A DNA stretch of 64,000 nt from an uncultured Klebsiella sp. (GCA_964555355.1 CAZKRY010000016.1:28542-92541), one strand, 5' to 3'. Shown: positions 40,013-50,109, counted from the stretch's first letter. The notes: generated from the letters alone by a model not told the origin. Translations and numbers: made by a program.

Positions 40013-40650
40013 GCGGGGAGCCTCCGAGGTTGGTATTCACCGATACAGAACGCGATAACCTCGGCCAGCCGTTCGCTCGCGCAGGCGAGGTTGCGATGCA
40101 ATTCAGCGCGATCGGTCGCGTGATCGCTCATCGATTTGAGCAGCACGCAAGGGACACGCGCGGCTTCGCACAGGGCAGCGACGGCAGCCCCTTCCATGTC
40201 AACCGCATCGCAGGTGCCGGCGAGCCTTGCTCGCACGGCGGCATCGAACAACGGGGTTGCGCGGGTCACGAGCGTCGCGCGAGGTAAGTCGCGTTGCAGC
40301 CACGGGACCACGTTCGTGTCCATCCGCTGCCATTGCGAAGACGTCGGTGGTTCGACGTCGACCGCGGCAACCGCGCTGATGCGCACCACCTTGCCGACAG
40401 TCAGCGCCGGCGAGAGCGCGCCGGCGATCCCGGCATTGATGACGCAGTCCGGGCGCGCGGCGGCGAGGCTCACCGCGAGCGACTGCGACGCGCGAGTCGG
40501 ACCCATCCCGGTGAGCAACACACTAATGCGCATTGTGCCATGGTGGCTGGTCTCGATTTCTTGATCGCAGCCGACTTCAAGTCCCAGTCGCGCGCACAAT
40601 GGCGCGGCTTCGGGCGCTGTGGCGAACGCAAAAAGCGCGTGGAACACCAT
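40009..40650 (-). CDS. mqnB: futalosine hydrolase-like nucleosidase (PNP/MTAN family)
   Basis: Start trimmed to the ATG at 40650 (MVFHALFAF). The ~213-aa ORF has the MTA/SAH-nucleosidase-like pattern (GIAGAL...DMEGAA). Confidence 0.6.
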   Translation of the reverse strand: MVFHALFAFATAPEAAPLCARLGLEVGCDQEIETSHHGTMRISVLLTGMGPTRASQSLAVSLAAARPDCVINAGIAGALSPALTVGKVVRISAVAAVDVEPPTSSQWQRMDTNVVPWLQRDLPRATLVTRATPLFDAAVRARLAGTCDAVDMEGAAVAALCEAARVPCVLLKSMSDHATDRAELHRNLACASERLAEVIAFCIGEYQPRRLPA

Positions 40651-41456
40651 CAGCTTGCAGTCCCGCGCGCGAGCTCCGCGTTGAGCGCGCTGATCGCGAC
40701 GCGGCCCTGCGTGCCAAGCTCGTGGGTACTCGCATTGACGTACAGAGCAATGTATTCGTCGATCAACGGTGCGCTCATTTCTTGCGCGTGCGCCATGACA
40801 AATGCCGCGACGGCGGGCTCGCCCCGCGCGCCGATCGCAAGCGACTCCCGCATGACCTGCTCTGCGCGCGCGCCCCACTCGGGATACAGCGCCTGACGCA
40901 TGACGTAACACCCCAGCGCGACCGGTAACCCGGTATGCCAAGTCCACCACGCGCCCAAATCAGCCACGCACAGCAGGCCGAGTTGCGCGTAAGCGAGACG
41001 CGACTCATTGATTACCACGCCCGCGTCGACTTCCCCCGCCGTGATCGCCGGAATGATGTCGTTGAAACGGTAATGCACGAGTTGCGCGGCGTTTGGCGCA
41101 TAGTGTTTTAGCAGCGCGGTGCCGGTAGTGTGCTCACCGGGTACGGCGATGCGACAGTGCGCGAATTGCGCGCGGGCCAGCGCCTCACGCGCGACGAGCA
41201 AAGGGCCAAAGCCACGCACGATCGCCGCACCGGTTTCCAATAGGATATAACGCTTCGCAAGCGCCGGTAGCAGCGCGCAAGAGACCTTGGCAATATCGAG
41301 CGTGCCGGCCAATGCCGCCTGGTTTAGGGTCTCGATGTCGGTTAATTCGAATTCCGGTTGGACACCCGGCAGCGCGCAAAGCCCGAGTGACCACGCTCCC
41401 ATCACGTGCGTATCGTTTGGACAAGGCGAGATGCCGATGCGAAGCACGCGTGTCAT
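40650..41456 (-). CDS. mqnD: 1,4-dihydroxy-6-naphthoate synthase
   Basis: N-terminal LRIGISPCPNDTH, the hallmark SPCPNDT motif of MqnD, in a 268-aa ORF. Confidence 0.75.
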   Translation of the reverse strand: MTRVLRIGISPCPNDTHVMGAWSLGLCALPGVQPEFELTDIETLNQAALAGTLDIAKVSCALLPALAKRYILLETGAAIVRGFGPLLVAREALARAQFAHCRIAVPGEHTTGTALLKHYAPNAAQLVHYRFNDIIPAITAGEVDAGVVINESRLAYAQLGLLCVADLGAWWTWHTGLPVALGCYVMRQALYPEWGARAEQVMRESLAIGARGEPAVAAFVMAHAQEMSAPLIDEYIALYVNASTHELGTQGRVAISALNAELARGTAS

Positions 41457-42133
41457 TGGCGGCCGATACCTTCAATCACGGCGGCCGCAAGCGCCGGCTC
41501 GTGACCAATGAAAAAATGTTCGGCTTGTGGAAAGCATTGCAAGGTACAAGCGCCACGCGCGCTTCTTGCCAGAGACTCGATGCGCTCCGTCGGACACGCG
41601 AAATCGTCCGGCGCGTAATACAGGGCGCATGGACACGCCAAGTCGAGCGCACGCGAGTCAATTTGCCACTTCGCGAGCGGCGGCGAGATCAAGCCCAGAA
41701 AGGACAGCGGCGCGCGCGCCGCGAGTTCCAGCGCAGGCAAACAGCCGAATGAATAACCGATCACGATCGGGGGTATGGCGACGTGAACGTTCGCCTGCAA
41801 AGCCGCCAATGCACGCGCGCAGTCGAGATGGATTTCCGCTTCATAACGCGGGCAGGTTGAGCGCTCCCAAAACTCGCGCTGATCGGCGCTCAAATCACGC
41901 TCGCTCGCGCTGCCGCCGATCCCTCGATAATTAAAACGCAACGTTGGAATGCCCGCGGCGACCAACGCGTGCGCCAAAGTGCGCACCACGTTGTTGTCCA
42001 TATCCCCACCGAGAAACGGATGCGGCGGGCAAATCAACGCATTGACCGCCGGCGCGTCTAACGTGTCCTCGTAAGCTAAACAGGCCTCAAGCAGCGGGCC
42101 ACCGGCACTAATCGATAAACGCTCCTCGATCAT
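41453..42133 (-). CDS. alpha/beta-hydrolase fold protein
   Basis: GYSFG nucleophile elbow. The ORF has an ATGA overlap with the mqnD start. Confidence 0.55.
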   Translation of the reverse strand: MIEERLSISAGGPLLEACLAYEDTLDAPAVNALICPPHPFLGGDMDNNVVRTLAHALVAAGIPTLRFNYRGIGGSASERDLSADQREFWERSTCPRYEAEIHLDCARALAALQANVHVAIPPIVIGYSFGCLPALELAARAPLSFLGLISPPLAKWQIDSRALDLACPCALYYAPDDFACPTERIESLARSARGACTLQCFPQAEHFFIGHEPALAAAVIEGIGRQ

Positions 42134-43698
42134 GAGCGCGTGCCGAATGCCTGCGATGGGAGCCGCAGATATTCTTCGAGTAAACGAGGTGAATCGAAAT
42201 CGGCTTCGTCAAAATAAATCATCTGCGTTTCGCGTTGACGCGGATGGCCTGCGTGATAAACCCCAGATGGACTTAGCAACGTGCATTCCGGACGGTGCGC
42301 CGACCGCACCAAGCCATCGCTGCCAAACAGGCCCACCGCGTGCCCGTCAAGCGGCAGCGTTTCGAGTTCTTCGTAGGCGCGTAGTTGGTAGGGTTCGGCG
42401 GTTGCCGCGACGGTGGAATTGGCGGCTGCGCGCACGGTGATCAATTGATGATGTCCTGCCGAAAAATAAACGATCAAGCGCGTGTCCGGCGTGAGGTTGG
42501 TTATCGTCTCCGGCACCACGGCATCAAAACGCGTTACCTGATGCTGCTCCAAGTGAAAATGCTTGTCGGGCAACATCAACGGGAATTCGGCCGCTGCGCG
42601 TTGTTCAAGCTGATCGTTCGGGAAAATCTTGTAGTAGCAACCGCAGTTCGACACCGATTCCACCAACTGCGGGACACCTTGCGCGTCGAGCGTCAAACGT
42701 ACCGTCCACCCGTCGAGCGGTCCGGCTTCCGGATCGAACCGACTCAGCTTTGGATGTCGCGGATACCACAACGTATAACTCAGTTGGCGAACTTCCGAAC
42801 CTTGCATCCGCACGCGTCGTACAAATGCGTAAAGCGCCGGCTGCGCGCTGTCGACCTGCGGTAGAGGTGCACGGTCCTCACCGCGGGTCAGGCGCACAGT
42901 CCCAATTCGATCATCCGCCGCGGAATAGGCCGCGCCTTCGGTGATTTCTTGGCTGACGAGCGGCGCGTAGCGCTGCAGTAATCGCCAGTCTTGCGCGTTT
43001 ACGCCGGACGGACGCGGCGCCGCGCCGACCCGCAACAAGTTGCTGTGTCGGAAATCAAGCTTGCGAGGTCCGCGATCGTCATGCCAATTGTGATAGGCAA
43101 TCCAACCCGCGATGAAAGGCACCGCGGGCGCCGTCATCAAACGCCGGGCCATCCGCCCGCGGGTCATGATCGATTCGTCGATATGGACGATGAATTCGTG
43201 CCAGTAACGATCGAGCGCGGCGCCCCGTAAGTCGGCGCTCCGCGCTAATTCTTCGCGCTGGCGTTGATGTTGAGCGTCGATGACGCGCGCGGCGACCGCG
43301 GCACGAGATTCCGACACCTCGCGAGTTATTTCTTTGAGCGCCGCGTCGCTCAGCTTGGCGATGGACAGCGCGACGGATTTGTCCGCGATCTCGCCGGCAG
43401 CACGCAGGATCTCCGCGACGAACGCGCGCCGAGTCGCCTCATCCGCCTGTCGCGGGTAATCTTCAAACCGGTATCGCAACGCCAGATCGACCTGAAGAAA
43501 CGGCCGATCGAGTAGCGGTTGGTAACGTGCGTCTTGCGCATCCTGCGTACGAATGACTTGATAAACATCGTGTGCATCGAGCGCACTCGACAACGGCGCT
43601 TGGCGCACGGTGGTCGCGCATCCTGCGCATGACAGCAGCACATTTAACAGGGCGAACACGTGGGCGGGCAGTGGCGCTGCCATGCGCATTGCGGTCAT
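42130..43698 (-). CDS. hypothetical lipoprotein
   Basis: Lipobox-like LLSCAGC after a hydrophobic leader. It is the ORF immediately upstream of the hydrolase gene in the same operon. The start is uncertain (M14/M17/M19). Confidence 0.45.
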   Translation of the reverse strand: MTAMRMAAPLPAHVFALLNVLLSCAGCATTVRQAPLSSALDAHDVYQVIRTQDAQDARYQPLLDRPFLQVDLALRYRFEDYPRQADEATRRAFVAEILRAAGEIADKSVALSIAKLSDAALKEITREVSESRAAVAARVIDAQHQRQREELARSADLRGAALDRYWHEFIVHIDESIMTRGRMARRLMTAPAVPFIAGWIAYHNWHDDRGPRKLDFRHSNLLRVGAAPRPSGVNAQDWRLLQRYAPLVSQEITEGAAYSAADDRIGTVRLTRGEDRAPLPQVDSAQPALYAFVRRVRMQGSEVRQLSYTLWYPRHPKLSRFDPEAGPLDGWTVRLTLDAQGVPQLVESVSNCGCYYKIFPNDQLEQRAAAEFPLMLPDKHFHLEQHQVTRFDAVVPETITNLTPDTRLIVYFSAGHHQLITVRAAANSTVAATAEPYQLRAYEELETLPLDGHAVGLFGSDGLVRSAHRPECTLLSPSGVYHAGHPRQRETQMIYFDEADFDSPRLLEEYLRLPSQAFGTRS

Positions 43699-43714
43699 TG
43701 GTCGGCGCAATGGA

Positions 43715-44188
43715 TTAAGGCTGGCCGTCAACCGCATTGGTGAGCGCCGTCGCCGAATTCACATACTCGATGCTCTCAACTTTGAGCTGCTTGAGTTTGA
43801 TCACCGTGACTAGCGATTTCTGCGTCGGCAAATCCGTAATAATCGTGCCTTCGCGATCCAGAAATATGGGATAGCCATACTTTTGCATTTTGGGGATCGC
43901 GAAGTGGCGCGTGACAAAACCCGGCATGCCACTGACGTCGATCGCGTACATGGCGTGCGCGGCGGGTAGGTAGTCCGCGGATTTCGGCAGAAACGCTTGC
44001 TTGGCGAGCTTGTTGGCCGTCATATCGCGACTCACCAAAAGGACCCGCACCGTAGCGTCGAGCTTGCCTGGATGATCGTGCTGGTCGCTAATCGAGAACG
44101 GCTGCAAGGTATCGCCCACCGCGAGCGGCGCCGCCGAGGCGGTCCCAGTCACGAAGGCAACGAGAAAAACGAGAATTACGCGCGCCAT
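43715..44188 (-). CDS. periplasmic hypothetical protein
   Basis: Signal peptide MARVILVFLVAFVTGTASA. No recognised domain. Confidence 0.45.
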   Translation of the reverse strand: MARVILVFLVAFVTGTASAAPLAVGDTLQPFSISDQHDHPGKLDATVRVLLVSRDMTANKLAKQAFLPKSADYLPAAHAMYAIDVSGMPGFVTRHFAIPKMQKYGYPIFLDREGTIITDLPTQKSLVTVIKLKQLKVESIEYVNSATALTNAVDGQP

Positions 44189-44222
44189 AAAAAATTGCTC
44201 GGTGGATTCGACCTAATGGCTT

Positions 44223-44238
44223 TGCAATTCCAGGGCCA
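44223..44238 (-). promoter_or_regulatory. candidate sigma-54 promoter (TGGCCC-N5-TTGCA) upstream of the 43715-44188 gene and mqn operon
   Basis: Minus-strand reading tggccctggaattgca has exact GG-N10-GC spacing and lies ~35 nt upstream of the ATG at 44188. Confidence 0.4.
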
Positions 44239-44468
44239 GTCTCGCCGGCGTCGCGATCGACGCGTGCCGACTCACCGCAAATTCTCGCGCTATCCGACTA
44301 AGCATCGGAAAGCCTTGAGATATTTTTCAATCCCGGGTTATCGCAAGTCACCGCTCCAGACACCGTTCAAAAGCACTTTGCGCGAACATCCGCAAGAATG
44401 GTCTGCAAAATTGGTAGGAAGCCGCGCTTTGCTAGCGCATGGGTGTGAGTCTCGCGGTCACTCGCGTG

Positions 44469-45005
44469 TCAGCGAGCGCAGCGTGCGGCCAGCCGAGTCG
44501 ATTCGCGCGGTACCGGCAAGTAGGCGATGGCATGTACGCGCGAATCGAGTTCGCAGTCCAATACGTAACCGATGGCGCCCCGCGTCCGCTGTACAAATCG
44601 CAGCATCGCTTCGGTCGATTGCACGACGATCGGCGGCGATATCCCGTGAAAGTATTGTTCATTCCAATAGAGTTCCATCTCGCTTGGTTCGAGGCCGAAC
44701 AGCGCAACGGACCAGGCGCGGCGCAGTGGATCGCTCACCGCCAAATTGACGGGGATCAGCGTAATGCCGGCAGTGTTTATCAAGAGCTTGCGCCGAAACA
44801 CTTTGGAGAGATCGCGGGCGCTCAAATTTTCGGTAATGGCCGGCGCCGCCGTAATTATCGCGATGCGCGGGGGCGCGCCGACCGACGACGCGGCCCATAA
44901 GAGCCCACAGAGCGTCAATACGCAGCCACGTCGAGTCAACCCTGTCACTACGCGCCCTCCTTGCGCCAAACTAGAACAGCACGCTGAGCGAGAGTTCGAT
45001 GCCAT
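44469..45005 (-). CDS. periplasmic PBP-like (phosphate-binding-protein-like) domain protein
   Basis: Signal-peptide-like segment. Weak resemblance to small PBP-like domains. The start is uncertain because it overlaps the upstream porin gene. Confidence 0.35.
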   Translation of the reverse strand: MASNSRSACCSSLAQGGRVVTGLTRRGCVLTLCGLLWAASSVGAPPRIAIITAAPAITENLSARDLSKVFRRKLLINTAGITLIPVNLAVSDPLRRAWSVALFGLEPSEMELYWNEQYFHGISPPIVVQSTEAMLRFVQRTRGAIGYVLDCELDSRVHAIAYLPVPRESTRLAARCAR

Positions 45006-46053
45006 CCGGTGCCAGCTGCCGATCCGTGCCCGCGTGATACTCGAGCTTTACGTTGACCGGCGCCAGCGGGCGCCATGCCAGCCCGCAGGTTGCGCGAGCC
45101 GCTTCGCGTGCAAGCCGGTCGCTGCGGTAATATTCAATGCGCGTGATCGCAAACACCATTTCGCGCAGCGGAAACGCGCCTTGAGCGAATGCCCCCCAAT
45201 CGTCACTGGCGTTGCCCGCGTTATGCCGATAGCCAGCCTCGAATGACAGTTCCATCCGCCGCCAGCGAAGAAGACCATCAATCCCCAATGCGTGGGCTTG
45301 CCCTTCAACGTTGGCGAATTCATAGGTCGCATAAGAAAGCGCTACTTCGGCTCTGTGCTCGAGTAGGTGATACCGTACCTGCCCTCCGCCGGCATACTCG
45401 AAATCGTTGACTAGGCCCGCGCCGTCGAAGTCTTCAAAATCGGCTTTACCGTTAACCGGATCAAAATCATCACTATCGTCGACGAACAGCTGCAAATCGA
45501 TGGAATCATCGCCTGCATCGAATGATTGCAGTAAGGCGAGTCCCGTCCCGTGATCCGGGATGAGCAGTGACGTCACCAGTGGTCGGCTCACGGTCCACAC
45601 CAACGGATCGGCATGCACCTGATTCCAGCGCCCAAACGGCGTCAAGAAGCGCCCAGTTCGCAAGGTCGCGGCGCGGCTCGCCGCGAAATCGACATACAAT
45701 CGTTCGGCTTCGACCTCGATGTCGCCCGTCGAGAGTCCTCGCTCATCGAGCACCAAGGCGTTCGCCATTTCAATTTCCGAAAACAACGTCCACCGCGTCG
45801 CCGGCTGCCAGCGCAAAAACAGACTGAGGTCGCGCCAGTCCGCGCGGGCGTCGGCATTTTCCAAGTTGCGCGCGCGAACGCTGCTATAACCGCTAAGCGT
45901 CAGATTAATATCTGGCAACGTAAGGCCATGGCCGAATTCGTACTGCGCGTCCGCGAAAGGGTTCGCGGTGCACGGATTGACGATACTCGCGAGCAACAAC
46001 CCAACCCACAAGCGCTCGACTACCGAACGCGACAAAGCGCGACTTAGCATCAT
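44971..46053 (-). CDS. outer-membrane beta-barrel (porin-like) protein
   Basis: Signal peptide (MMLSRALSRSVVERLWVGLLLASIVNPCTA), alternating amphipathic beta-strand pattern and a C-terminal Phe. Confidence 0.5.
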   Translation of the reverse strand: MMLSRALSRSVVERLWVGLLLASIVNPCTANPFADAQYEFGHGLTLPDINLTLSGYSSVRARNLENADARADWRDLSLFLRWQPATRWTLFSEIEMANALVLDERGLSTGDIEVEAERLYVDFAASRAATLRTGRFLTPFGRWNQVHADPLVWTVSRPLVTSLLIPDHGTGLALLQSFDAGDDSIDLQLFVDDSDDFDPVNGKADFEDFDGAGLVNDFEYAGGGQVRYHLLEHRAEVALSYATYEFANVEGQAHALGIDGLLRWRRMELSFEAGYRHNAGNASDDWGAFAQGAFPLREMVFAITRIEYYRSDRLAREAARATCGLAWRPLAPVNVKLEYHAGTDRQLAPDGIELSLSVLF

Positions 46054-46242
46054 TTTTTGTATCTCGACTAAACGAACCCATGCATCGCGGTCGGCAGCGT
46101 TGAATGCCACAATAGGATCAGCGGCGCCGCGCCGCCGTCAGGCGGCGAAGAGTGGCGGAGTTCCCGGCGGATCGAACGACATTGCAGACGACTCAGTATA
46201 GCGACAACGCATAACCCTCATGCCACGCCGACCTTAAAGCCT

Positions 46243-48000
46243 ATGACGATCCGTGGTTTGTTGTTGTTATCATTCTTGTCGTTCAGCGCGCTATTCGCGG
46301 GTTTGACAACCTACGTGACTTATACGCATTCGCGCGCCGCCCTTGCCGGCGATATCCAATTGCAATTGGAAACCCAAGCGCGTGTTCTAAATCAACAATT
46401 TACTACCGCGCTGATCGAACGGCTCGTTGACATTCAAGGCTGGCGCGAGCTCGAAGTCATGCAAGATGTGAGAGTCGGCGATATCGATAAAAGGCTCGCC
46501 AAGTTCCTCGCAAGCGTCAAAGCGAATTACGGCGATTCTTACCTCGATATTCAGTGCGAGACCGGCGGCAGGATTATCGCGGCCGCCAACGCATCGTCCA
46601 TCGGGCAACCCGCGCCACCACTCACTGCGGGCCAGTCGTTTGCGGCGCCACACGCGTTTGAATTGGAACTCGCCGCGCCGGCACCGGGACCCATGCGACT
46701 GACGATCCGCATGCCGCTGCCCGATCCGTTCAACGATGGCGCACCGGGTGCTCTGCGCGCCCTTTTAAACTGGCGAAGTTTCGTTCAGCTGCTGGATGAG
46801 GCGGCGCACGGCGGGCGGACCGCGCTGTTACTTGATCGTGACGGTCGGGTTCTCGCGCAGGCGAGTACCTCGCCGCTGGGAGGCCTTCCGACGCGGTATC
46901 CGGCGCTAAGCACCGATGCCATTAACGGCGTCGGCGTCATCCGTATCGCCGATCCGACCGTATCGCCGACGGCATTGCTCGCCGGCTACGCGACTATCGC
47001 GGGCGACGTGAACTTGCCGGATTTGGGTTGGCGAATTGCCGTCGTCATCCCCGAGACGCAAGCGCTATCCCCAGTGCGTGATCTTTTACGCTCGCTGTTA
47101 GCGCCGTTCGCGGCGCTTATCCTGCTGGCGTTACTACTCGCCGTTTGGCTGTCGGGGCGTATCGCACAGCCCATCCGCGCGCTGGCGGTATTTGCGCGTG
47201 CGTTGGGACAAGATCTAGAGACGCCGCGCGTGGCCCCGAGTGGCACCCGCGAAGTCGGCGAACTTCGCACTGCCTTGCAACGGATGATCGACGATCTAAA
47301 GCGTTCTCGAATGGAACTCGTCCGCGCCGGGAAACTTGCCGTGGTGGGGGAGCTCGCGGCTAAACTTGCGCATGAAGTGCGCACGCCACTTGGCATTATG
47401 CGTTCGTCCGCCCAACTCGTCGCTCGGCAACCCGGCTTGAGCGAGACGGGACACGAAATGCTCGGCTACTTGATCAATGAATGTGATCGCCTCAATCAGC
47501 TCGTCACCGCCCTCTTGGATGGCGCGCGGCCGCGCGAACCGGTCCCGCGCCTCGTCGATCTGCACGCTATCGTGCGCGACGTCGCGGCCATGTTGCGAGA
47601 CAAGCTTGAAACCAAGCGCCTGACGTTGGACTTCGAAGGCACGGACATCGACTCGCAACTAGAGTGTGATCGCGATCAGCTGCTGCAAGTCCTGCTGAAT
47701 TTGCTACAGAATGCCATCCAAGCCACGCCGTACGAGGGCACGATCGTCATTACGATTGTCGGCACACCAGAAACGCTGAGCGTGATCGTCGACGACAGCG
47801 GCGAGGGTATTCCCGCGGCGCGGCGCGAAGCGATTCTCGAACCCTTCGTGAGTGATCGCGTCGGTGGGATTGGACTTGGGCTTTCCATCGTGCGTGAAAT
47901 CGTGACGCTACATCGCGGACGACTGGGCATCGATACTTCGCCGCGCGGCGGCGCCCGCATTGTCGTGACCCTGCCACGGCGCTTTTCGGGAGTTCAGTAA
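46243..48000 (+). CDS. sensor histidine kinase
   Basis: Two TM segments flanking a periplasmic domain, an HisKA H-box (LAAKLAHEVRTPLG) and an HATPase_c domain (N, G1 and G2 boxes). Confidence 0.8.
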   Translation: MTIRGLLLLSFLSFSALFAGLTTYVTYTHSRAALAGDIQLQLETQARVLNQQFTTALIERLVDIQGWRELEVMQDVRVGDIDKRLAKFLASVKANYGDSYLDIQCETGGRIIAAANASSIGQPAPPLTAGQSFAAPHAFELELAAPAPGPMRLTIRMPLPDPFNDGAPGALRALLNWRSFVQLLDEAAHGGRTALLLDRDGRVLAQASTSPLGGLPTRYPALSTDAINGVGVIRIADPTVSPTALLAGYATIAGDVNLPDLGWRIAVVIPETQALSPVRDLLRSLLAPFAALILLALLLAVWLSGRIAQPIRALAVFARALGQDLETPRVAPSGTREVGELRTALQRMIDDLKRSRMELVRAGKLAVVGELAAKLAHEVRTPLGIMRSSAQLVARQPGLSETGHEMLGYLINECDRLNQLVTALLDGARPREPVPRLVDLHAIVRDVAAMLRDKLETKRLTLDFEGTDIDSQLECDRDQLLQVLLNLLQNAIQATPYEGTIVITIVGTPETLSVIVDDSGEGIPAARREAILEPFVSDRVGGIGLGLSIVREIVTLHRGRLGIDTSPRGGARIVVTLPRRFSGVQ

Positions 48001-49358
48001 TGGCGCGCCACACCGTGCTGGTCGTCGACGACGAAATTAAGATGCAGCGCATCCTAGAGATCATGTTGCGCGAGATGGGGCTCGAGGTAGTGCGCGCGAA
48101 CCACGGGCAAGAAGCGCTCGAGATCATGGCGCGCGAGCCGGTCGATCTCATCCTGACCGACATGCGCATGCCGGTGATGGACGGTATCGCGTTGGTCAAG
48201 GCCTTGCATGACTCAGGCTCGCCCGTCCCCGTGATCGTCATCACCGCGCACGGCACGATCGAAAGCGCGGTGAGCGCCATGAAGCTCGGCGCCATCGACT
48301 ATCTGCTGCGACCGTTCGAGGTCCAAGCGATGGAACTCGCGGTACAGCGCGCATTGGCGCTTGTCAAAGTCAAACGCGAGAATCGTTACTTGCGCGATGT
48401 GGTCGCGGCCGACTGGCACGATTTGGTGGGCGACAGTCCGCCTATGCGCGAACTTATCGCATCTATTGCCCAGGTTGGGCCGACGAACTTATCCGTGTTA
48501 ATCGCCGGCGAAACCGGCACCGGTAAGGAACTGGTCGCGCATGCCATTCATCGCGCATCGCAACGCGAAGGGTTGTTTGTCGCGATCAACTGCGCGGGCA
48601 TCCCGGAAACATTGTTGGAAAGTGAATTGTTCGGCCACGTGCGCGGCGCGTTCACAGGCGCGCAAGGTGAACGGATCGGAAAATTCGAACTTGCGCAAAG
48701 CGGCACGCTGTTTCTCGATGAGATCACCGAAATGCCGATCGAACTCCAGACACGCTTGCTGCGCGCGCTACAAGAACGCGCCATCGAGCGCGTGGGAAGT
48801 AACCGCAGAGTCGATCTCGACTTGCGCGTGATCGCCGCCACCAATCGCGAACCGAAACTGGCGGTCGCCGAACGCCGGCTCCGCGAAGACGTTTTTTATC
48901 GTTTAAACGGATTCCGGATCGACGTACCGCCGCTACGCGTGCGCGGACCGGATATCGCGATATTGGCGCGCCATTTTCTCGCCCAGCACGCACAGCGGCA
49001 TGGCAAGCCGGTGCTTGCGCTTGACGCGGCGGCGATCAAACTCATCGAAGCCTATCGCTGGCCGGGCAACGTTCGCGAACTCGACAATTTAATGGGGCGG
49101 ATCGCGTTGCTCGCCGACACCGTCCCCGCCGCGCGGATTCTCGGTCGAGAGCTGGAAATTCCAGAAGGAGCGGTGAGCCCGCCCATCAATCTCAGTGACA
49201 CCGATCTTCGACTGGAAGCACAAATCGAAAACCTTGAGCGCCGCCTGATCCACCAAGCGCTCGAACGCGCGGAAGGCAACAAGGCCAAAGCCGCCCGACT
49301 GCTTGAAATCAGCGAACGCACGCTGTGGTACAAACTGAAGAAACTTGACCTCAATTAG
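48000..49358 (+). CDS. sigma-54-dependent response regulator (NtrC family)
   Basis: REC domain (VVDDE...D...K), AAA+ sigma-54 interaction domain (GETGTGKE, GAFTGA, ESELFGH) and a C-terminal Fis-type HTH. The start overlaps the HK stop (TAATG). Confidence 0.9.
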   Translation: MARHTVLVVDDEIKMQRILEIMLREMGLEVVRANHGQEALEIMAREPVDLILTDMRMPVMDGIALVKALHDSGSPVPVIVITAHGTIESAVSAMKLGAIDYLLRPFEVQAMELAVQRALALVKVKRENRYLRDVVAADWHDLVGDSPPMRELIASIAQVGPTNLSVLIAGETGTGKELVAHAIHRASQREGLFVAINCAGIPETLLESELFGHVRGAFTGAQGERIGKFELAQSGTLFLDEITEMPIELQTRLLRALQERAIERVGSNRRVDLDLRVIAATNREPKLAVAERRLREDVFYRLNGFRIDVPPLRVRGPDIAILARHFLAQHAQRHGKPVLALDAAAIKLIEAYRWPGNVRELDNLMGRIALLADTVPAARILGRELEIPEGAVSPPINLSDTDLRLEAQIENLERRLIHQALERAEGNKAKAARLLEISERTLWYKLKKLDLN

Positions 49359-50109
49359 CGGCGGCGTTTACTTCCCACCGGTACGGCAGCGACGCATCGA
49401 TTTCGCGCGCCACCGGCAGTTCGCGGTAATGTTGAATAAACCCACGCACCCCACCACGGGCGGCAAAGTCTTCCTCGAACCAGTCGAATATTTTGGATAC
49501 CCGCACCCGTTCGCCTTCGATCACTAGCCCTTTGGCGTCGTTACTCAAAAAGTTGGTGACCTGCTCGTCCAACTGGCGCGCGACGATGGACGCTTGATAG
49601 GGTTCGGCGCGGAGATCGGGGCAGCTCACCGACGCGCAAACAATCGCGAAATGAATTCGCGGATCGCCCATCTTGCGCAGGATTTCGTGTTCGATCGTGG
49701 CGAGCGTCATGGGTTGTCCGGCGACGGTGCCGGCCGGTCGCTTCCACACCGGCCGCAGAAAATTGCCGATGTCTCGGATACTCTCAAGCGGCCAATGGTC
49801 CGCAACCAACTTCAACGCCAGTAGGTTATACGCGTTGAGGTAGAACGCGAGGCGTGTGGCAGGCGTGCGGATGTCTGCGGGCGCCATCTCCGCAACTTGC
49901 CGCAACGCGAGCGTGAACTGCGGGTCGCGCCGTAATGCCGCATAGTCAACTACGTTTAAACGTACGCCTTGCAATTCGCCCGCGCGAACATGCGCATGCA
50001 AGACCGCCGCATAAGCGCTCCAATCAGGTTCCGCCGCTGCCACCTGCTGCGCAAAAATCAGCAGCAACGCCAACTGCGTGAGTCTGGACATTCCGCGCAC
50101 GGGTTTCAT
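49351..50109 (-). CDS. DUF547-like conserved protein with signal peptide
   Basis: The pattern YLNAYNLLALKLV...FAIVCASVSCP matches the DUF547 family. It is the last gene of the six-gene operon. Confidence 0.5.
   Translation of the reverse strand: MKPVRGMSRLTQLALLLIFAQQVAAAEPDWSAYAAVLHAHVRAGELQGVRLNVVDYAALRRDPQFTLALRQVAEMAPADIRTPATRLAFYLNAYNLLALKLVADHWPLESIRDIGNFLRPVWKRPAGTVAGQPMTLATIEHEILRKMGDPRIHFAIVCASVSCPDLRAEPYQASIVARQLDEQVTNFLSNDAKGLVIEGERVRVSKIFDWFEEDFAARGGVRGFIQHYRELPVAREIDASLPYRWEVNAAAN

Noticed and set aside
46054-46242. Sigma-54 promoter for the porin gene in the HK-porin divergent intergenic region
   Set aside because: Only weak partial matches were found (e.g. tggcat-N6-ctgcc). 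The GG/GC spacing or -12 element is off, so it is not reported as a feature.
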